A stretch of 64,000 bases of DNA, taken from positions 32,001-96,000 of the forward strand of contig JBFJCP010000006.1 of NCBI GenBank assembly GCA_041615815.1, read 5' to 3'. This document shows, piece by piece, positions 57,753 to 64,000 of the stretch. The position numbers and the translations under genes were made by a program. The stretch's first letter is position 1; each line of letters opens with the position of its first letter. The stretch comes from Gemmatimonadales bacterium. Its GTDB lineage: Bacteria > Gemmatimonadota > Gemmatimonadetes > Gemmatimonadales > GWC2-71-9. The notes beneath the pieces were generated by a model. The model did not search any database. It saw only the letters and a program-made list of their open reading frames with translations, and was not told the origin of the DNA.

Positions 57753-59270
57753 TTAACCCTCGTTGGCGGTCTCGCGTTCCCTCGTCCGCATCGATGCCAT
57801 GAGCTGGGACGTGTTCGCTGGCGCATTCGTCATCCGACTCACCGCGAGGGTTACCAGGAGGGCAGCGAAGAACCCAGGGATGAGTTCGTAGAGGAGCGGC
57901 GATAGTACCGGGCTTGCTTTCCACACGATCGTCACGGCGGTTCCCGTGAGCAAGCCGGCGATAACGCCTGCTCGCGTGGTCCCCCGCCAAAACAGAGCTA
58001 ATAGGGACGTGGGGCCGATGGCAGCGCCCAACCCAGCCCAGGCGAAGAGCACGAGCCAGAAGACGATGTCGGTGGCTCGCATGCCGAGCACCAGTGCAAC
58101 CACCACGAGTACGACCACGACAACACGACTGTAGAGCACGAGGCGGCGTTGCGACAGGGCGCGACCGCGTCCGAGAACCTGTTCATATACGTCCCGCACG
58201 ACACTGGATGCGGCGACGAGCAGCTGGGAGTCCGCGGTCGACATGATCGCCGCAAAGATCGAGGCCACGACGATCCCAAAGAGGATTGGGTGTAAGTGTT
58301 GTTGTGCCAAGAGGGGATAGAGGTTTTCGGTATCGGCGGCCGGCAGCATGGCCACGTCTGGGAAGTAGACGCGGCCCGCGAGCCCTACGAAGAGCGCTCC
58401 CCATCCCATGACGACGTTCCAGACGGTGCCAACGACCGCCGCATAGCGGAGCTGATCCGCGTCGCGAATCGACATGTAACGCACAATGATGTGCGGATTG
58501 CCGGGGGACCCCAGCCCGATGCCCAGGAACCCGATGGCGGCACCGATCGCAAGCGCGGTGGGATCCACGAGCGTCGGATCGAGTGTGGTGAGCTCGGCGA
58601 GCACCTGACCCAATCCACCGCGGTCCAGCACGGCGATAATGGGAAGGACGACCAAGGCCAACATCATGAACATTCCCTGCAGCATGTCGGTGAGGCTGAC
58701 TGCCAAGAACCCGCCCAAAGTCGTGTAGACCAGGACAATGGTGGCGGTGACGATGATGCCCGTGGTCTGGTTCAGCCCGAAGCTCGCTGCAAAGGCTTTC
58801 CCCCCGCCCACGAATTGCGCCGCAACGTAGGCCACCATGAACACGGTCATGATGAGAGCGAGCAAGGTTCGGAGCAAACCATTCCCATCTCCGAACCGGG
58901 CGGCGTAGAAATCAGGCAGCGTGATACAGTCATAGGCCTCGCTGAAGCGACGCAGACGACCTGCATAGAAGAGGAATAGGAACAGTTCGGCCACCGTGTA
59001 GCCGGTAACCGCCCAGACCGCCGACGCGCCCATGGAGTACGCCATTCCAGTGACTCCCAACAACAGCCATGCACTTCGCCCCGATACGACCGCCGAGAGG
59101 GCAACGACGAACCGGTGCATCTTCCTGCCGCCGACGAAGAACTCGCGCACTCCGGAGGACGAGAAGCGCGTGGCGTAGGCGCCGATCCCCACGATGATCA
59201 CGAGATATCCGATGAATGCCGCGACGGCGTATCCACTCGTTTGGACCGCAGGGGCTACGGTTTCCTGCAC
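57753..59270 (-). CDS. putP: Sodium/proline symporter
   Basis: FFVGGR, SAWLLLG, GGFLAVSLTD, GNPHIIVRYM, AAIMSTADSQLL, YELIPGF. Confidence 0.85.
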   Translation of the reverse strand: MQETVAPAVQTSGYAVAAFIGYLVIIVGIGAYATRFSSSGVREFFVGGRKMHRFVVALSAVVSGRSAWLLLGVTGMAYSMGASAVWAVTGYTVAELFLFLFYAGRLRRFSEAYDCITLPDFYAARFGDGNGLLRTLLALIMTVFMVAYVAAQFVGGGKAFAASFGLNQTTGIIVTATIVLVYTTLGGFLAVSLTDMLQGMFMMLALVVLPIIAVLDRGGLGQVLAELTTLDPTLVDPTALAIGAAIGFLGIGLGSPGNPHIIVRYMSIRDADQLRYAAVVGTVWNVVMGWGALFVGLAGRVYFPDVAMLPAADTENLYPLLAQQHLHPILFGIVVASIFAAIMSTADSQLLVAASSVVRDVYEQVLGRGRALSQRRLVLYSRVVVVVLVVVALVLGMRATDIVFWLVLFAWAGLGAAIGPTSLLALFWRGTTRAGVIAGLLTGTAVTIVWKASPVLSPLLYELIPGFFAALLVTLAVSRMTNAPANTSQLMASMRTRERETANEG

Positions 59271-59443
59271 TAGTGGGACTTCTTTCCAGTGGCACGAGCG
59301 AGGATCACCGCCGCGGCGATGATGATGGCTGGGAGACCGAACATGGCGAGATAGAACATATGTGTCGGGTGGCGCTGGTCTGTGGATGTTTGACGGACAA
59401 CCGCCGGCAGAGAATCTTAGCGTTCTCTGCAATTCCCACTAGG

Positions 59444-60502
59444 GTGGTGCGCCACCTCGCTCCTCATGGTATTCACGAGAGGAACGCGACACCTCAGATC
59501 CGGAACCGAGAGACCCTGTCACCGATTCGAATTCTCCCAGCGGCCGTCGTTCACGACGCCCTCCGCATGCCCGCCGCTATCGACGCGATGCGCGACGCCT
59601 TTGGACAGTTGTCGATGGGTGAAGCGACGTTGCCGCTCAGAACGACGGTGTCGATCCCGGAGCGAAACGCGGTGACGCTTGTGATGCCTGCGCGGTGTCG
59701 TGTTCCCTTGGGGTTGGGTGGCAAGTTCGTCTCGGTGTTCCCGGAGAACACGTCGCGAGGGCTTCCGCTGATACACGCGGCCATCATCCTACTCAGCCCC
59801 GAAACTGGCGAAGTGCGTGCACTCGTGGATGGGACCGTGCTCACGGCCATTCGGACCGGAGCGGCCAGCGGGTTAGCTACCGAGCTACTCGCCAGGCCCG
59901 ACGCGACCCGCCTCGCCGTCATCGGGGCAGGCACGCAGGCCCGGACTCAGCTCCAGGCCGTTTGTTGCGTGCGGACGATCTCCCACGTGACCGTGTACTC
60001 TCGTACGCAAGGTCGGGCCAGGCGATTCGCCACGGAGATGGCCGGACAAGGTGGCATCCCAACGGTCGAGGTGGTCATGAGCGCCCGGGCCGCCGTCCAC
60101 GAGGCGGACGTCGTGTGCGTCGCGACGACCTCCAACACCCCCGTCCTTCAAGCGGAAGACATCCCCGCTGGTTGCCACGTGAATGCCGTTGGCTCGTATA
60201 CGCCGGCGATGGTCGAGCTGGACCCAGTGTTGCTGGGTCGGTCTCGCGTGTTCGTGGATCAACGCGAGGCCGCCCTGGCGGAGGCTGGGGAGCTGATCGT
60301 TGCCGTTGCGGATGGGACGATTCGCCAGACCGACCTCCTCGAGCTGGGCGAGGTCGTTCGCGGCGCCGCCGCCGGACGCACTGCCCGGGATCAGGTGACG
60401 GTTTTCAAGTCCGTCGGCGTGGCAACCCAGGATTTGTGCGCGGCGGACCGAGCAGTTCAGGAGGCGGAGCGGTTGGGGCTGGGCGTTGTGGTCGAGTGGT
60501 GA
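59444..60502 (+). CDS. Ornithine cyclodeaminase / mu-crystallin family protein
   Basis: K.VSVFP.N, LTAIRTGAASG, GAGTQA, HVNAVGS, FKSVGVATQD; start uncertain (GTG 59444/59447, CTG 59516). Confidence 0.88.
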   Translation: MVRHLAPHGIHERNATPQIRNRETLSPIRILPAAVVHDALRMPAAIDAMRDAFGQLSMGEATLPLRTTVSIPERNAVTLVMPARCRVPLGLGGKFVSVFPENTSRGLPLIHAAIILLSPETGEVRALVDGTVLTAIRTGAASGLATELLARPDATRLAVIGAGTQARTQLQAVCCVRTISHVTVYSRTQGRARRFATEMAGQGGIPTVEVVMSARAAVHEADVVCVATTSNTPVLQAEDIPAGCHVNAVGSYTPAMVELDPVLLGRSRVFVDQREAALAEAGELIVAVADGTIRQTDLLELGEVVRGAAAGRTARDQVTVFKSVGVATQDLCAADRAVQEAERLGLGVVVEW

Positions 60503-60511
60503 GATTGCGTA

Positions 60512-61339
60512 TTACGCCATCTCGTCGACAAACGCCCCCGCCGTCTTGGGACGCTTCCGGGGGTTTTTCTCCAACGCATGATGGACCGCTCGCTCGACCT
60601 CGGCGGGTACATCGCGCCGCACGACGCAGAGGGAGGGAGGCGGCTGCCGCACGTGACGCGCCATGATGGCCTGCGCCGTGCGCCCGGTGAACGGTGGCTC
60701 ACCGATCAACATCTCGTAGACCACGCACGCGAGCGAATAGATGTCACTCCGGCTGTCGATCTTGGAATCACCGGCTGCCTGTTCGGGGCTCATATAGTGC
60801 GGGGTGCCCAGTACAATGCCGCTCGAAGAGAGTCGCTCGCCGCCTGCCTTCACCACTGCCCGGGCCACACCAAAATCACAAACCTTCGCGCCGCCACCCT
60901 CGAACATGATGTTCTCGGGCTTGATATCCCGGTGGATGACGTTCTTCATGTGTGCGTAGTCGAGGGCAGAGGCGACATCCCGTGAGACAGCCACTGTATG
61001 CTGGAGCGAGAGCGTCTGTTCGCGGTCCAAGAGCGCCCGCAGTGAAGCGCCCTCTGCGTACGGCATCACATAATAGATGAGCGAACCGGCTTCCTGAGAG
61101 GCAATCAGCGGAAGAATGTTGGGGTGATCCAACTCGCCGAGGATCTTGATCTCGCGGTGGAACCGGTGACCCACCAGCGTCGCGCCAAACTCGGGATGCA
61201 GTACCTTGATCGCGACCCGCTCACCAGTTTCCGCGCAACAAGCCCGGAACACGGTCGCCATCCCACCATGGCCGACGACCTTTTCCACCGAATACTGCCC
61301 AGACAGTGCCTTCCGAACGGTCTCGATGTCGAGCGCCAC
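60512..61339 (-). CDS. Ser/Thr protein kinase, catalytic domain only
   Basis: GHGGMATV, VAIK, HRDIKPEN, DFG, GTPHYMSPE; ends right after the kinase domain. Confidence 0.9.
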   Translation of the reverse strand: MALDIETVRKALSGQYSVEKVVGHGGMATVFRACCAETGERVAIKVLHPEFGATLVGHRFHREIKILGELDHPNILPLIASQEAGSLIYYVMPYAEGASLRALLDREQTLSLQHTVAVSRDVASALDYAHMKNVIHRDIKPENIMFEGGGAKVCDFGVARAVVKAGGERLSSSGIVLGTPHYMSPEQAAGDSKIDSRSDIYSLACVVYEMLIGEPPFTGRTAQAIMARHVRQPPPSLCVVRRDVPAEVERAVHHALEKNPRKRPKTAGAFVDEMA

Positions 61340-61425
61340 CAGTGAAGCATACCGCCGCGATGAGAAAGCGACCAGGGTGCAAAGAGCGTGAGGGTTAAGG
61401 AGTACGGGGTATCAACGAGCTCCGG

Positions 61426-61456
61426 TCACCTCACCTCACCTCACCTCACACCTCAC
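61426..61456. repeat. (TCACC)n pentanucleotide tandem repeat
   Basis: TCACC x4 plus a degenerate unit; associated 10-bp inverted repeat 61384-61393 / 61451-61460. Confidence 0.85.
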
Positions 61457-61467
61457 GCTCAATTCCG

Positions 61468-62811
61468 CTATCTCGGAAACGCCACTGGGCTCTCATGTCC
61501 GGCCTGACCGACTGCGGCCACGCCAAAGAAGAAATTATCGATGATCAGCCCCGGAAACGTGAACTCGCGGAGATCTCCCACCCAACGACCGTGATCCCAG
61601 GTGGGTGAATCGGTGGCGCGCCAGTAGACCCGGTATCCAGCCACGTTGGCGGAATCGGCTGGCGGGCCCCAACGGAGCGTTGCCTCGGGCCGCACCGCAC
61701 CCGAGATCCGAACCTCACGCGGGGGTCCTGGTGCCCAGGCGAGGGCTGCTAGGGTGGCGGCATTGAGTGCGGTGAGTTTCGCGGCGTAGTGGAAATCCAC
61801 GCCCTCGATCACATCACCGAAGGCAATACCGTCTTCCACGCGAATATCCTGGTGCTGCCTGTCGTAGTTCTCGTTGGCCTCCATGATCCTCACGGCGGGG
61901 AACCCAACGTCCGCGAATGGCCGATGGTGGCCACCACGCCCAAACCGGTCCAACCGGTAGATCATGATGATGTCGAGATTTGGGATATACCGGTCTGCGA
62001 TGCGATCGACATATCGGGCCACCTGACGCGAGATGCCGTCCACTTCACCACCGGTGAAGCGTCGGCGCCGGCGTTCCTCTTCCGATTCGGTGGGTGGGGT
62101 CCCGTCGGAAAACACCCTGGCGGAAGTGTTGTCGATGATCCCGTTTACGCCCTCGATGTTGCCGATCATATCGTTGTTCAAGACCGCCTCGAGGTGCCAC
62201 CCGCTGTCCACGGCCATTCGGGCCACGGTCCGGCCCCCATAAAGGCCCTGCTCTTCGCCGGACAAGCCCAGGTAGACCACCGACCCATTGAAGCGATATC
62301 GGCTCAAAATCCGGGCAGCCTCGAGCACGCCGGCCATCCCACTCGCATTGTCGTTGGCACCGGGGGAGCTGTCGGCGGCGTTCATCGGGTCGGTGATGCG
62401 GCTGTCGATATCGCCGCTCATGATTACCATGCGGTTTGGATCGCTGGTCCCCCGCTGGACCGCCATGACGTTCACCACGTTGGTGGAGTCCGGGATTCGG
62501 CGCCCGGGAGGAAAGACTTCCGATATATAGCGTACCTCGAGACAGCCACCGCAGGTTTCCGAGATCCGGTCGAATTGGGCCTTGATCCATCGTCGGGCGG
62601 CCCCGATGCCTCTGGTGGCCGAGAGCGTGTCCGAAAGCGTGTGCCGCGTGCCAAACTGGACCAGTGCGCGGATGTCGTGTTCCAGTCGCTCGGGGGACAC
62701 GGCCTCGACGATCTGGTGAATACGTGGGTCCTCTGCCGGGGGTACCCTCTGCTGGGCGGAGAGAGCCGGCACGAGGCCCCAGAGGCCCACACACACGATC
62801 AAACCACGCAT
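61468..62811 (-). CDS. Exported M28 family metallopeptidase with C-terminal Fn3-like domain
   Basis: FGTRHTLS, SGDIDSR, GANDNASG, GEEQGL, NNDMIG, DRFGRGGHH, QHQD. Confidence 0.88.
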   Translation of the reverse strand: MRGLIVCVGLWGLVPALSAQQRVPPAEDPRIHQIVEAVSPERLEHDIRALVQFGTRHTLSDTLSATRGIGAARRWIKAQFDRISETCGGCLEVRYISEVFPPGRRIPDSTNVVNVMAVQRGTSDPNRMVIMSGDIDSRITDPMNAADSSPGANDNASGMAGVLEAARILSRYRFNGSVVYLGLSGEEQGLYGGRTVARMAVDSGWHLEAVLNNDMIGNIEGVNGIIDNTSARVFSDGTPPTESEEERRRRRFTGGEVDGISRQVARYVDRIADRYIPNLDIIMIYRLDRFGRGGHHRPFADVGFPAVRIMEANENYDRQHQDIRVEDGIAFGDVIEGVDFHYAAKLTALNAATLAALAWAPGPPREVRISGAVRPEATLRWGPPADSANVAGYRVYWRATDSPTWDHGRWVGDLREFTFPGLIIDNFFFGVAAVGQAGHESPVAFPR

Positions 62812-62925
62812 GGCACGATTCCCTGGTTGAGTCCGGGGCACGCTACGAACGATCACCGCATTGACGCAAGGGGGAGCGCCCGTAGGTTTGTATCGGAACA
62901 ACTCACTTGCACATGGAGTGGCTCG

Positions 62926-63423
62926 ATGCGACGGTCCCGGTTCATCTTGGTTTTCGCGGCGGTCGGTCTCCTGGCCTGCGAACAGGAGATAACCATGAGG
63001 GAGCGGGCGGTGGAGGTCGAGGCGGTCGAGGCTCGGTTCGCCACGTGGGTGCGGCTCATGAACGGCGGTCCCGGCAAGGTCGACAGCCTCCTGGCCATCT
63101 ACCACAACAGCCCGGGGCTTCGGGTGATGTGGTCGGACGGGAGTCGCGCGGAAGGGTTCGAGCGCCTCGAAACGGCGGTCAAGGAGTTCTACGGCAGCAT
63201 CTCGTACATGAACTTCGTTCCGCAGAACCCTCATTTCGAGGTGATCAATGCCGACGTTGCCGTTTCCACGTTCCGGCACTCCACCGATGTGGTGATGCCT
63301 GGGGGCGCCCGACTGCCGGTGGCTTCCGGCCAGGGCACCTTGGTGTGGCTCAAGGACCATGACGAGGACCTCTGGCAGATCCACGTTCAACAAATGGCGG
63401 TGAATAGCGCATCGATGAACTGA
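62926..63423 (+). CDS. SnoaL/NTF2-like lipoprotein
   Basis: Lipobox LLAC; C-terminal GTLVW..WQI.. NTF2 pattern; RBS GGAG; TTGACG-16-TAGGTT upstream. Confidence 0.7.
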   Translation: MRRSRFILVFAAVGLLACEQEITMRERAVEVEAVEARFATWVRLMNGGPGKVDSLLAIYHNSPGLRVMWSDGSRAEGFERLETAVKEFYGSISYMNFVPQNPHFEVINADVAVSTFRHSTDVVMPGGARLPVASGQGTLVWLKDHDEDLWQIHVQQMAVNSASMN

Positions 63424-63542
63424 TTCTTCACCGAGCGCACGCTGCCGCCAGCCTTTGGCCTTGGTGCCGAAGGCTGGCGGATCTATTGTGCGATCCAATG
63501 GCACTCCTTATTCTTCCGCAACTCAGTGGCGGAGGGCCGTGC

Positions 63543-64000
63543 ATGTCGGAACAGTTCTTGAGCTCCGACGAATACGCCGAACGCGCACACAATCTGTACA
63601 ATGACGGTTTCTACGACGAGGCCCTGGAAGTGCTCCGGGACGGCCTCGCCGTCTATCCGTTCGCAGTCGAACTGCACGTAGGCGCAGGGTACGCGCAGCT
63701 AGCACGGGAAGAGTATGCGTGGGCGCGGGGATGCTTTGGCGAGGCGCTCGCCCTCGATCCGCAAAACGAGGAGGGCCTCGCTGGGATGGGAGAAGCCCTC
63801 CTCAAACTCGGGAACCGCAAGTCGGCCCTCGAGCACTTCGAGCGCGTCTTGGCGCTGGGATTCCGTGAAGATCACGATCTGATGCTGCAAATCGGGCGAG
63901 CCCTGTTCCGAGAGGCCATGATGGGCCCGGCCCACGCGTTCTTCCAGGTTGCCGCCGAGCATCATCCCGATTCGTCCGAGGCCGCCGCGTGCTTCGGGTA
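63543..64000 (+). CDS. Tetratricopeptide repeat protein, 3'-truncated by window edge
   Basis: Read manually: MSEQFLSSDEYAERAHNLYNDGFYDEAL..; TPR patterns; RBS GGAGG; TTGTGC-17-TATTCT upstream. Confidence 0.8.
   Translation, partial: MSEQFLSSDEYAERAHNLYNDGFYDEALEVLRDGLAVYPFAVELHVGAGYAQLAREEYAWARGCFGEALALDPQNEEGLAGMGEALLKLGNRKSALEHFERVLALGFREDHDLMLQIGRALFREAMMGPAHAFFQVAAEHHPDSSEAAACFG

Noticed and set aside
61789..62925. Long N-terminal extension of the 544-aa plus-strand ORF (and of the 678-aa minus-strand ORF beyond 62811)
   Set aside because: Each extension is the antisense shadow of the opposite gene; the real starts have signal peptides at 62926 and 62811.
1..64000. CRISPR arrays, IS elements, prophage, rRNA/tRNA genes
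   Set aside because: No repeat-spacer arrays, transposase/integrase/phage ORFs or RNA gene signatures were recognised by eye; a dedicated scan was not possible.

Overview
GC-rich, gene-dense bacterial chromosomal segment with about 58 genes, both edge genes truncated. Gene style (three eukaryotic-like Ser/Thr kinases, ECF/anti-sigma/DUF4097 module, many exported peptidases) suggests Gemmatimonadota; this is inference. No rRNA, tRNA, CRISPR array, transposase or integrase was recognised. Most genes are ordinary amino-acid/peptide scavenging, transport and housekeeping (argE, hutF, ilvA, gdhA, sdhCAB, mscL, pilT, two cyclophilins, hslR). Highlights: (1) a three-gene operon (9770-12947) with five exported cupredoxin domains: a (Ig-like + cupredoxin)x3 lipoprotein, a beta-barrel-cupredoxin fusion and a small cupredoxin lipoprotein, behind a sigma54-type promoter. 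It is a candidate copper-based envelope electron conduit or Cu-handling system. (2) An unannotated 118-nt four-way-junction RNA with a U7 tail upstream of ilvA. (3) A readable bEBP -> sigma54 promoter -> orphan ECF sigma cascade. (4) An IPNS-family oxygenase / penicillin-acylase / MBL trio. (5) A single-base frameshift in a YbdK-like ligase. All family calls are from motif recognition by eye; no searches or folding programs were run.
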